Positions 19,663 through 28,804 of a DNA stretch of 64,000 nt are shown piece by piece. The DNA comes from Spirochaetia bacterium. Its GTDB lineage: Bacteria > Spirochaetota > Spirochaetia > SZUA-6 > Bin103. Made by a program: the position numbers and the translations under genes. The notes under the pieces were generated by a model that ran no database searches, was not told the DNA's origin, and saw nothing but the letters and a program-made list of their open reading frames with translations. The stretch is from positions 6,496,001-6,560,000 of the forward strand of contig CBDBDQ010000005.1 of the NCBI GenBank assembly GCA_965203905.1, in the 5' to 3' direction. Position 1 is the first letter of the stretch; every line of letters starts with the position of its first letter.

Positions 19663-19721
19663 AATCCACCCAGACCCAGATCGAGGCTGCCTGACCGCTA
19701 CCACAGTGACGGAATGCACCC
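19663..19721 (+). repeat. Direct repeat copy 2
   Basis: Matches 17395-17463. Confidence 0.85.
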
Positions 19722-19760
19722 TGCTACAGTGGTCGTGTTGACAACGGAGTACGGGATCGG

Positions 19761-19922
19761 ATGAGGCTGGACGGCGTCGAGCGTATTGCGCGCGGGTTGA
19801 ACGACAGCGAGGTGCGCTTCATCGTGGTGGGTGGACCGGCGGTAGTTGCCCACGGCTACGGCGCCAGACCTGCGGACATCGCGGAACTGACTCAGCTTGA
19901 TCGGGGGGAAGGAAATGGCTAA
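19761..19922 (+). pseudogene. Internally deleted copy of the nucleotidyltransferase at 12228-12737
   Basis: Same upstream region, 5' end and 3' end, but 162 bp versus 510 bp. Confidence 0.88.
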
Positions 19923-20109
19923 CGAGATCGATTGGCGGGTGGTCACGTTCGCCGGCAACCGCCGCCGCCAACGGGAGGAATTCCGTGCGCTCCCGGTGCG
20001 CGACAAGCTGGTCGCGATCGAGCAGCTCTCGATGGTTACCGAGAACTTCCGAGCCCGCCGCCGCGCAGCGAGGACCGCGCAGTTGACGGACGATGCTCGC
20101 AATACGTAG
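19915..20109 (+). CDS. Small partner protein, paralog of 12730-12924
   Basis: MANEIDWRVVTFAGNRRRQREEF, intact frame. Confidence 0.7.
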   Translation: MANEIDWRVVTFAGNRRRQREEFRALPVRDKLVAIEQLSMVTENFRARRRAARTAQLTDDARNT

Positions 20110-20134
20110 TCACGGCCGGCGGCAGAGAAGAAGT

Positions 20135-20163
20135 TTGACAGCTCGTCGGGCGTGGTTTACACT
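20135..20163 (+). promoter_or_regulatory. Sigma70-type promoter
   Basis: TTGACA-N17-TACACT. Confidence 0.75.
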
Positions 20164-20704
20164 GATTCTTGTTGAAAAACAGGCTTATGTGGACGATGCA
20201 TTACCATAAGCACTTGCGGACGCCGCCGATTGACCGGATCGGTGTGTCCTACCCCCCCCTCAACTTTTCGAGCCGAGAACAACCAACCGCTCCGGCTGAT
20301 CACCCCGTACGCGACCTCGCGCGCGGCGTCGCCTTCACCACCGCCGTAGCTGTAGCTGGCGGTGGCGCCGGCTCGGTCCATCGCCGAACCGGCATGCGGG
20401 CCGCCCGCGCCCTTCCCGGTGACTCGGGCCGTTCCGGATCCCCGCCCGCGACTGACTGCCGGCAAAACCCTCCGCCGGCGTTGCCGGCCGTTCAGACTCG
20501 CTGCTTCGCCGACCACCATCCGATGGTGGCACACCGCCCCACGTGGCCATGTGACGCAGGTCCCGATGTCCGCCGACCGGTCGGTGCTTTCATGATGGGG
20601 GGCGCACGCGCCGCGCGCAGCACACCCCACAACACAGCAAGCACCCAGACCAAGCCCTACAGAAAACACCCTGCCGGTGCTTACCGGCGCACAGGAGGTG
20701 CAAA

Positions 20705-20758
20705 ATGATACTCAAAGAACCGCACGCGCGCGGCGTGAGCCGGGGTGAACCCCGCTGA
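20705..20758 (+). CDS. Possible 17-aa leader peptide MILKEPHARGVSRGEPR
   Basis: AGGAGG RBS before ATG; overlaps inverted repeat 20726-20737/20763-20774. Confidence 0.35.
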   Translation: MILKEPHARGVSRGEPR

Positions 20759-20888
20759 GTCACACGCCGCGCGCCTCACGATGACTCGGACTGGCCGTCC
20801 GTGTTGCGGGCGTGAGAGTAGCCAGGGAGCGGCAAGTCGCTCCGCAATACTCTCAAATACAATACAAATACAAGCAAGGATACTAACG

Positions 20889-22658
20889 ATGATGAAAACC
20901 ATTTTTAGAATGACCTTCGCGATTGCGTTGGTCCTGGTGCTGACCGCAACCGGCCTCTGGGCGGGTGCCGCAGAAGAGGAGCCGGCAGCCGCTGCCGACA
21001 AGAAGTATGTAACCGACCCCACGACCGGCGAGGTGGTGAGCGCACCGGAGTATGGCGGGACCCTGACCTTCACCAAGCGTAGCTGGCCAGCGAATACGGA
21101 CACCTTGGCCGGTGGGAGGTGGGCGTCCCAGTTGGTCTTTGCCGTGCTGGATAAGCCGGCTATCGCGGACTGGGCAATCGACAGGGACACATATGCGTTG
21201 CATATGCCCTGGCCACCTATAGAGTTCCTGAGGGGCTCACTGGTGGAGCGTTGGGAGCAGACCGACGACCTCACCATTATCTTCCACATCCGCGAGGGCG
21301 TGCACTGGCATGACAAGGCGCCGATGAACGGTCGAGAATTAACTGCGGATGATATCGTATTCAACTATCACCGTATGCTGGGTCTGGGCAGCGGCTTCAC
21401 CGAACCAAGCCCCCAGCTGACGGCTCAACTTGCCCCGATCAAAGTCGAATCGGTAGCAGCTACGGACAACTACACGGTTGTCTTCAAGCTAGGCGAGCCA
21501 AACATTGGTGCCCTGCTGGGTCTCGTCGACGACGAAACCGCATATATGTACCCCCCCGAGGTAATCAAGGAACACGGCAACGCTAATGATTGGCAGGTCT
21601 TGGTCGGCACCGGGCCCTATGAGCTGGTTGACGTGGTCGAAGAAAGCTCGGCGACATGGACCAAGAATCCCGACTACTGGGGATACGACGAAAAGTACCC
21701 GGAGAACCGCTTACCCTATGTTGACGAATTACGGGCCCTGATGATGCCGGAAGTGGCGACGATGATCTCGGCAATACGCACACGCAAGGTTGATATTTCA
21801 GCGCGGATGAGTGGAATTGTCAACCAGACACATAGCCTCCAGCAGACCAACCCCGAGATTCAGGCGTTCACGGTCTACTTCAGGTCGCAGGAGTCGTTTG
21901 GTGTGAACGTTCAAAAGAAACCTTTTGACGATATCAGGGTGCGCAAGGCATTGCAGATGGCACTGGACCTCGAAACAGCCAACTCCGCTTACTTCAAGGG
22001 TCTGGCAGAAATGACACCTGTTGGGAGAAGCCGGTTCCCGGGGCAATTCGTTCCGTTCGAAGAGTGGCCCGAAGAGGTCAAGAACGTCTTTACCTATGAT
22101 CCGGAAGGGGCAGAGGCGCTGCTGGATGAAGCCGGATATCCTCGTGGCTCGGATGGCATTCGATTCAAAACCACGTTGAAATGGATAGAATCGTTTGATG
22201 TGGGCTATGCGGAATTGGCCATTGGATTCTGGCGCGAAATTGGTGTTGACGTAGAGCTTGAGCTCATTCCCGGTGCCGAATTCACTCCTGTCACGGGTGA
22301 TAGGGACTACGAAATGGTCACCAGCATAACGGCAAACCTTAGCCCAGGATACATCCACTATTCCGACCGGTTCAATTGGAACACAGCCAACCCACAAGAC
22401 CCGTGGTATGAAGCGAAGGTCGAAGCCGCCGACGCGGCTAGCTCGCGCGAGGAGCTGCACGCACTGGCTCGCGAGATGGACCTGTATGCGAATTCAAGGT
22501 TCTGGACCATATGGGGGGGTATGGCCCCGCAGCTTGTCCTGGCGCAGCCGTGGGTGACCGGATATAACAGTGAACTGAACCTGGGAAGCGGTCAGTATTG
22601 GCTGCAGTACGCCCGCATGTGGATTGACTCAGCGCTGAAGAAAGAAATGGGTCACTAG
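20889..22658 (+). CDS. ABC transporter family-5 (peptide/nickel) substrate-binding protein
   Basis: Signal peptide ..GLWAGAAEEE, PEYGGTL, GRELTADD, VGTGPY, PFDDIRVRKAL, ALLDEAG. Confidence 0.93.
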   Translation: MMKTIFRMTFAIALVLVLTATGLWAGAAEEEPAAAADKKYVTDPTTGEVVSAPEYGGTLTFTKRSWPANTDTLAGGRWASQLVFAVLDKPAIADWAIDRDTYALHMPWPPIEFLRGSLVERWEQTDDLTIIFHIREGVHWHDKAPMNGRELTADDIVFNYHRMLGLGSGFTEPSPQLTAQLAPIKVESVAATDNYTVVFKLGEPNIGALLGLVDDETAYMYPPEVIKEHGNANDWQVLVGTGPYELVDVVEESSATWTKNPDYWGYDEKYPENRLPYVDELRALMMPEVATMISAIRTRKVDISARMSGIVNQTHSLQQTNPEIQAFTVYFRSQESFGVNVQKKPFDDIRVRKALQMALDLETANSAYFKGLAEMTPVGRSRFPGQFVPFEEWPEEVKNVFTYDPEGAEALLDEAGYPRGSDGIRFKTTLKWIESFDVGYAELAIGFWREIGVDVELELIPGAEFTPVTGDRDYEMVTSITANLSPGYIHYSDRFNWNTANPQDPWYEAKVEAADAASSREELHALAREMDLYANSRFWTIWGGMAPQLVLAQPWVTGYNSELNLGSGQYWLQYARMWIDSALKKEMGH

Positions 22659-22674
22659 GCGATAGTTCAATACT

Positions 22675-22731
22675 GGCAGCCCGTTCCCGGCTGCTCCAAG
22701 GGACGTCCTTGGGCGGTTGGGACGGGCTGTC
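22675..22731 (+). terminator. Intergenic stem-loop after SBP gene (terminator or mRNA stabiliser)
   Basis: GGCAGCCCGT...ACGGGCTGTC long imperfect stem followed by TTGTT. Confidence 0.6.
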
Positions 22732-22769
22732 TTGTTGGACGAAGTGGCTAAAGAAGAGAGGCGTGTGAC

Positions 22770-23732
22770 ATGAGAGCCTACATCATCAGGCGGTTATTGC
22801 TGATGATCCTCTCACTGTTTCTCTTGACCATCCTGGTATTTCTCTCGGTGCGCTTGCTCCCCGGAGATGTCATAGACGCAATACTGAGTCGGATGATGGA
22901 AATATCAACGGTGGGGACGATTGACCGGGAAGGACTCGAGCGTCAGCTGGGATTGGACGTGCCTGGCTACGTACAGTATGCGCGCTGGTTGGGCGGGATT
23001 CTCCTACGCGGCAGCCTTGGCGAATCACTGATGGGTCGCGGGGCGGTGGAAGAGCAGATAATCAGTAGACTGCCGGTCACCCTTGAGCTTGGCCTCCTGG
23101 CAATCGTGATCGGGCTGGTGATTGCCCTGCCGGTAGGCATCTATTCGGCCATTCGCCAGGACACCGCCGCCGACTACGCGGGGCGCTCCATCGCCATCAT
23201 CGGCCTGGCAACGCCTAACTTCTGGCTGGGCATTATGGTCATGGTCTACCCGGCAATCTGGTGGGGCTGGTCGCCATCGATGGAGCTGATTCCTTTCTCT
23301 GAAGACCCGGTGGGGAATCTGGGTATGTTCCTCATTCCTAGCCTGATTCTGGGGACAGCCTCGGCAGCCGCCATCATGCGGCTTACCCGCACCATGATGC
23401 TGGAGGTGCTGCGGCAGGACTACATTCGCACCGCTTGGTCCAAGGGGCTCCGGGAGCGGGTCGTGATTATCCGGCATACCATCAAGAATGCTCTGATCCC
23501 AGTGGTTACTCTGATTGGCCTGCAGGTGCCGATCCTGGTTGGCGGCTCCGTCATCATGGAAAACATCTTCAACCTGCCGGGAGTAGGTCGTCTCGCCCTG
23601 ATCGCCCTCAATGACAGAGACTTCACGATGGTCGCCGGAGTAAACTTGTTCTTCGCAGGCTCGGTTATGGGGGCCAATCTTATCACCGACCTGTTCTATG
23701 CCTTCCTGGATCCCAGAGTTCGTTACAAATAG
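22770..23732 (+). CDS. ABC permease, DppB/OppB type
   Basis: YIIRRLL, RLPVTLEL, DYIRTAWSKGL, LDPRVRY. Confidence 0.95.
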   Translation: MRAYIIRRLLLMILSLFLLTILVFLSVRLLPGDVIDAILSRMMEISTVGTIDREGLERQLGLDVPGYVQYARWLGGILLRGSLGESLMGRGAVEEQIISRLPVTLELGLLAIVIGLVIALPVGIYSAIRQDTAADYAGRSIAIIGLATPNFWLGIMVMVYPAIWWGWSPSMELIPFSEDPVGNLGMFLIPSLILGTASAAAIMRLTRTMMLEVLRQDYIRTAWSKGLRERVVIIRHTIKNALIPVVTLIGLQVPILVGGSVIMENIFNLPGVGRLALIALNDRDFTMVAGVNLFFAGSVMGANLITDLFYAFLDPRVRYK

Positions 23733-23747
23733 GGAGAATCATCAAGT

Positions 23748-24644
23748 ATGAGTGAGCACAGGAGACGTGCCGGGCTCGCTGATTTCCTTCTCAGGTTGGT
23801 CAAGGAGAAGCCACTGGGCACTATCGGCGGGATTATCGTATTGGTATTGATTCTCGTGGCTATCTTCGCGGATGCTCTGGCTCCCTATGAATACTATCAA
23901 ATGCACCTGATAGACCGGATGCAGGGCTCATCAGCCCGGTATCTGCTCGGTACCGATCACCTGGGGCGAGACTTCCTGAGCCGGATTATCTATGGGGCTC
24001 GCATTTCGCTGACCGTCGGTCTGGCCGCGACCGCTCTCAATGTTGTAGTAGCTGTACTGGTAGGCGGCGTTTCGGGATTCTTTGGTGGTAAAGTAGACCT
24101 CGTGGTGCAGAGGTTTGTCGATACCTGGATGTCGTTCCCCAGTCTGCTCCTGTTGTTGACCGTAATGTCCGTATTGGGGAAGGGTTTAGTCCAGATAATA
24201 GTCGTACTTGGGGTATCAGGAGGCATCGGCAGCTCGAGAATAGTTAGAGGCGCCGTTATCGCGGTAAAAGAGAATACCTATTTTCAGGCGGCGGAGTCGA
24301 TCGGCTCTTCCAAGTGGCGAGCCTATATCCGACATGTACTGCCCAATATCGTGGCGCCCGTAATCATCATATTCAGCATCAACCTAGGAGGCGTGATCAT
24401 GTCTGAGGCTGCTCTGAGTTTTCTTGGATTTGGATTGCCACCGGGTATACCGAGCTGGGGAGGCATGCTCAGCCGGGAAGGGCGTCAATACATGGAGGAA
24501 GGGCCATGGCTGGCTCTCTGGCCAGGTCTCTGCCTGACGATTCTCGTCTACAGTCTCAACATGTTCGGCGATGCGGTGCGGGACCTGCTTGACCCCAGGC
24601 TGAGAGGTGGTCTGGGACGTTACGGCGGAGCGAAGACAGCTTAA
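23748..24644 (+). CDS. ABC permease, DppC/OppC type
   Basis: LGTDHLGRD, GARISL, RHVLPN, LSFLGFG, GDAVRDLLDPR. Confidence 0.95.
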   Translation: MSEHRRRAGLADFLLRLVKEKPLGTIGGIIVLVLILVAIFADALAPYEYYQMHLIDRMQGSSARYLLGTDHLGRDFLSRIIYGARISLTVGLAATALNVVVAVLVGGVSGFFGGKVDLVVQRFVDTWMSFPSLLLLLTVMSVLGKGLVQIIVVLGVSGGIGSSRIVRGAVIAVKENTYFQAAESIGSSKWRAYIRHVLPNIVAPVIIIFSINLGGVIMSEAALSFLGFGLPPGIPSWGGMLSREGRQYMEEGPWLALWPGLCLTILVYSLNMFGDAVRDLLDPRLRGGLGRYGGAKTA

Positions 24645-24654
24645 AGGTGAAATC

Positions 24655-24850
24655 TTAGAGCGGGTCCGCGGTCAGCAGCTCTTCGAGCACGATCAGGTTC
24701 TCGGCCAGGGTAGGCACGGCGGGAGCCTCCTTGCCGATCTTGCGCAGCAGCACGGCGTGGATGATCTCGGTATACGCCTCAAGCCAGCCGGTGCTTGACC
24801 AGCGGTATGTACTTTCCGCCGGTACGGATGGCGTCGGTCACCAGTAACTC
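24655..24850 (-). pseudogene. Frameshifted C-terminal scrap, possibly sugar-binding protein
   Basis: DAIRTG..GWLEAYTEIIHAVLLRKIGKEAPAVP..TADPL-stop; weak resemblance only. Confidence 0.3.
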
Positions 24851-25009
24851 CTCCTTACTTTCGGGATCGACGGGTCGCGACCCCGGTATCGTTGAGAGGA
24901 ATTCAGGAGTTCCGCTCGTGCCTCCTCTCGACCCGGAAGGGCCGACACGCTCTCGCGTCGGCAGAACGTCCGCCGCAGAACTGCCGGACAGCAGAATCGG
25001 GCTACTTAC

Positions 25010-25152
25010 TCAGAAGGCTATGGCCAGGTGCACGCCCCACGGCACCGAGAATCCGCTGGTGGCACCGCTGACGACCGCCTCGAGGTCGTCGCTGACCCCT
25101 TCGGCTTCGGTGAAAGCATAGCGATAGGCAACGCCGACGCGCGGGGTGATTG
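25010..25152 (-). pseudogene. C-terminal scrap of an outer-membrane beta-barrel-like protein
   Basis: AITPRVGVAYRYAF...FSVPWGVHLAIAF-stop; alternating hydrophobics, terminal Phe. Confidence 0.45.
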
Positions 25153-25170
25153 CTACCGGTCCCCATCACG

Positions 25171-25290
25171 GATAGGGACTATCCGGTCGTCATGGGAGTC
25201 AACCTGTTTTTTGGGACCGTAGTTGTGCGCGTAAATCTGCTGATCGACGTGCTCTATCCCTATTTGGACCCGCGCGTCCGCTACCAATAA
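25171..25290 (+). pseudogene. 3' remnant of a DppB-type permease
   Basis: DRDYPVVMGVNLFFGTVVVRVNLLIDVLYPYLDPRVRYQ-stop directly before second dppC. Confidence 0.88.
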
Positions 25291-25305
25291 CGACGCGCCA
25301 AGGAC

Positions 25306-26223
25306 ATGAGTGACGCCACTCAACCAGCCTCCGCCCTAGCCCGGAAAGCGAACCGTCACTGGCTGCTTGATCTACCAGTCAGAATGATCAAGACGAAGCC
25401 GCTGGGATCCGTCTGCGGCATTATCCTGTTGCTATTTGTTCTTGTCAGTATCTTTGCGGATACCCTGGCTCCCTATCGATACGATGAGATTCGCTTGCAA
25501 GAGATACTGGAAGCGCCATCGGCGCAGCATCCCTTGGGAACCGATCATTTGGGAAGAGACTTTCTGAGCCGCATCATCCATGGGGCTCGGATTTCTCTGC
25601 TGGTGGGTTTCGCGGCCACCTCCATCAATGTCGTGGTGGCACTCCTCGTGGGTGGCACTAGCGGGTTCCTGGGTGGAAAACTCGATCTTGCAGTCCAGAG
25701 ACTTGTAGATGCGTGGATCGCTTTTCCCGGACTGCTACTGTTGTTGACCATCATGTCTGTTGTAGGGCAGGGTTTGCTGCAAATCGTATTCGTGCTTGGT
25801 ATCGCCGGTGGCATCGGTGGTGGCTCGCGGGTCGTTCGAGCTGCCGTTATCGGAATCAAGGAAAACGTCTATTTCGAGGCTGCCGACGCGCTTGGTTCCT
25901 CTAAGTGGCGAATGCTCATTCGGCACGTCCTACCCAACATTGCGCCGCCGGTAATAATCATCTTCAGCATCAGCATAGGATCCTATATCTTGAGCGCTGC
26001 CTCGCTCAGCTCCCTGGGATTCGGGCTCCCTCTGGACATCCCCGACTGGGGTGGGATGCTCAGCCGGGAAGGCCGCCAATACATGGAGGCGGCGCCTTGG
26101 CTGGCGCTGTGGCCGGGTCTTTGCCTGACCCTTGTCGTCTACTGTCTGAATATGTTCGGCGACGCCCTCCGCGACCTGCTCGACCCGAGGTTGCGTGGCG
26201 CAACCGGGCTCCAGGGGCAGTGA
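25306..26223 (+). CDS. ABC permease, DppC/OppC type (second paralog)
   Basis: LGTDHLGRD, RHVLPN, GDALRDLLDPR. Confidence 0.93.
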   Translation: MSDATQPASALARKANRHWLLDLPVRMIKTKPLGSVCGIILLLFVLVSIFADTLAPYRYDEIRLQEILEAPSAQHPLGTDHLGRDFLSRIIHGARISLLVGFAATSINVVVALLVGGTSGFLGGKLDLAVQRLVDAWIAFPGLLLLLTIMSVVGQGLLQIVFVLGIAGGIGGGSRVVRAAVIGIKENVYFEAADALGSSKWRMLIRHVLPNIAPPVIIIFSISIGSYILSAASLSSLGFGLPLDIPDWGGMLSREGRQYMEAAPWLALWPGLCLTLVVYCLNMFGDALRDLLDPRLRGATGLQGQ

Positions 26224-26267
26224 CGGAGAGTCCCGTGGGTAGCGCCAACCAACCAAGAAGGAACACT

Positions 26268-27994
26268 ATGTATTTCGCCATCAAAGTCTTGACCACCATC
26301 CTGGGTGGTGGATTGTTGTTTGCTTGTGTCTCTGGCAGTAGCGGAGGCGCTGGGACGCAACAGGTCACCAATGAAAAAACAATTTGAAAGGATCACGGCG
26401 GCTGAATCCGGTATCGATTTTCAACAGGGCTATCGAAATCCGACAGCCAATTCCATGCCAGAGATGTTTGCAGGCGGCGCCGCCGCAGGGGACTATGACA
26501 ATGATGGTGATATTGACCTCTTTATCGTCAGAGGAGATATCGGTCCCAATCTTCTCTATAGCAACCGCGGCGATGGGTCATTTATCGAGGTCGCTGAGAA
26601 CGCTGCGGTGGCCTACACCAAATCACCGGCCGACTCGCAGAATTACCGGCACAGCGGCCCTACCTTTGCCGATCTGGACGGTGACGCTGATCTGGATCTA
26701 TTTGTCGGTGGCATCAAAGGAGACCCTTCGAAGATCTACCGGAACAATGGCGATGGCACCTTCAGCGATGTAACAGCAGGTTCAGGCATTGACGACATGG
26801 GCACCCGTCATACCATTTCCGCAGCATTTGGGGATTACGATATCGACGGTGACCTCGATATGTTCCTGTCTCATTGGGGGACCCCTCGTACCGTGGGTAA
26901 TCCTGGCAGCACGGAACACTTGTGGCGCAACGATTCAACCGATGCGGTGTTGCGATTTACCGATGTCAGTCTGCATGCAGGTATTTCTGATGCGATTGTC
27001 ATGCATGCGTTTGAAGGCGCCTTGCCAGGAGATCACGATTACACCTTTACCCCGACCTTTGTAAGAATTGATGACGACGAATACCCCGATATACTCAGCG
27101 TGGCGGACTTTGGCACCACCCGTGTGTTTATCAATAACGGCGATGGCAGTTTCGAGACGTCACAGATACGGATCAGATTACTGACCGGAACGGCATGGGT
27201 TCGGCCGTCGGTGATTACGATAATGATGGTGATCTGGATTGGTTCGTCAGCGCGATCTGGAGTGGTGATACACGCGTTATCGGCAATCAACTTTATCGCA
27301 ATGATGAGGGTAGGTTTCAAAATGTGACGGATCGCGCCGGCGTTATTGATGGCGGTTTCGGATGGGCGGCCTGCTTTGCTGACTTTGATAACGATCAATG
27401 GCTGGATCTCTATCACACCAACGGTTGGGCCGAGGATGGCGACGTGCTTGTAAACAGGGCTGGGAAACCGATCGCGGTCGGTTGTTTATTTCCAATGCAG
27501 ATGGCTCCTTCACCGAGCGCAGCTCAGAGCGCGGTACTGTTGATGACGATAGGGGACTTGCCGTGGTATGTGCCGACTTTGACAGCGATGGCGATGTCGA
27601 CATATTTGTCACCACTCGAAACCCCTCGAATGCGCATTTGTTGTTTCGTAACAATATGGTGGGGTTTGAGCGAAACAGCTCCTTGAGTGTTACGTTGGCA
27701 GGTGACGCTCCCAATACGCAAGCCGCAGGTGCCCGGATAAGGGTCACAGTCGGCGACCTGATACAAACTCGGGAGATCACGATCGGTAGTAACTTTGCCA
27801 GCCAAAACCCGACGACCCAGCTATTCGGTTTGGGCGCTGAGGTGCAGGCGCATAGTGTAGAAATCGGTTGGCCCAGTATTAACGGTTTACCATCCCAGGT
27901 GGATACTTACACCAATATTTCTGCTGGATCCATAAAATGTACTCCAGGTGAATGTGTTGCAACGCCACGACAACGATTGCTCGAATCGGAGTAG
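26268..27994 (+). pseudogene. CRTAC1-family protein (FG-GAP repeats plus ASPIC/UnbV), three frameshifts
   Basis: Lipobox-like LLFAC; repeated GDYDNDGDxDL; C-terminal GARIRV..REITIGSNFASQN..FGLG; frame switches near 26378, 27160, 27450. Confidence 0.85.
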
Positions 27995-28264
27995 GTCCGG
28001 GAACTGCGGGCGCGGGGCGTGCCCACCAACCCGATGCCGGTGTTCCGGTCGGAAGCAGCGCTGGTCGACACCCCGTGGCTGCTGCTGGACATCTCTCACC
28101 ACGGCATCATCCTGTTCGATCCGCGCCAGGTGCTGCACGCCAAACTGGCGGCACTCCGGAGGCGGCTCGCCGAATTGGGATCGCGGCGCATCGAGTTGGC
28201 CGACGGCTCGTGGTACTGGGACCTCAAGCCGAACCTGCGCCCCGGAGAGATGATCGAGCTGTGA
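27995..28264 (+). pseudogene. 5'-truncated MNT nucleotidyltransferase of an MNT-HEPN pair
   Basis: LLLDI..GIILFD..LGSRR..WYWDLKP..GEMIEL; N-terminal catalytic motif absent. Confidence 0.75.
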
Positions 28265-28280
28265 TCATGCGGGCTTGGCG

Positions 28281-28545
28281 ATGAGCAACGGCGAGCGCGG
28301 CCGCAAACTGCTGGCGGCGTCGCGCGAGCACCTCGCGGAGATGGAGGGCGCGCTGCACCGCCACTCCTGGAACATCGCCGTGCGCCGCGCGCAGGAAGTC
28401 GTGGAGCTGGCACTGAAGGCGGTGCTCACCTACCTGTGCATCGACTATCCGAAGGTGCACGACGCCGCCGATCTGTTCGTGGCTACGCTTGCCGCCCGGC
28501 AGATGGTCCTGAGTGAGGTGGAGGCGGCAGACGTGGTCGCTGAAC
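28281..28545 (+). pseudogene. 3'-truncated HEPN-domain protein
   Basis: WNIAVRRAQEVVELALKA..YPKVHD; resemblance ends near 28545. Confidence 0.8.
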
Positions 28546-28606
28546 GGAGCGAAAGACAGTTGACGTTGCGCAGGGTGCGGCGTATCCATTATGTGGAGTT
28601 GTATAC

Positions 28607-28623
28607 GTGCAAACGGTAACCGT
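28607..28623 (+). pseudogene. Separated 5' end of the UPF0175 antitoxin gene
   Basis: GGAG RBS then GTG CAA ACG GTA ACC GT; rejoined to 32950 gives MQTVTVSLRLPESE. Confidence 0.8.
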
Positions 28624-28640
28624 TATTGCGTTGCGCGCCC
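28624..28640 (+). repeat. Left terminal inverted repeat
   Basis: 16/17 identity to reverse complement of 32928-32944; weaker match for 14 more bp. Confidence 0.9.
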
Positions 28641-28710
28641 AAGGGCGGGGTGAGGGCGTACCGGTTGCAGTGACGATGACGTAGGCGGAGGAGCGACAGG
28701 GGCGTAAAGT

Positions 28711-28750
28711 GTGAAGCCCGCAGCAGGTAAATGCTGCGGGCTTCACTTTT
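28711..28750 (+). terminator. Intrinsic terminator inside left end of the transposon
   Basis: Perfect 15-bp stem GTGAAGCCCGCAGCA/TGCTGCGGGCTTCAC, 6-nt loop, TTTT. Confidence 0.8.
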
Positions 28751-28804
28751 AGGCGGCCTCGGCGAGCGGAAGACAACCGCCCGCCGAGGCACGAGAGGCA
28801 GCGA

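Noticed and set aside
19579-19719. N-terminus of the 259-aa RT ORF
   Set aside because: Read-through into the IS scrap and repeat; not RT sequence
12189-19731. Recurrent TGCTACAGTG (12189, 17232, 19722) as integron or att sites
   Set aside because: Better explained as an extended -10 box; no attC structure or integrase seen
20169-20708. 179-aa ORF downstream of the promoter
   Set aside because: No recognisable motif and unusual composition; treated as leader sequence, not fully excluded
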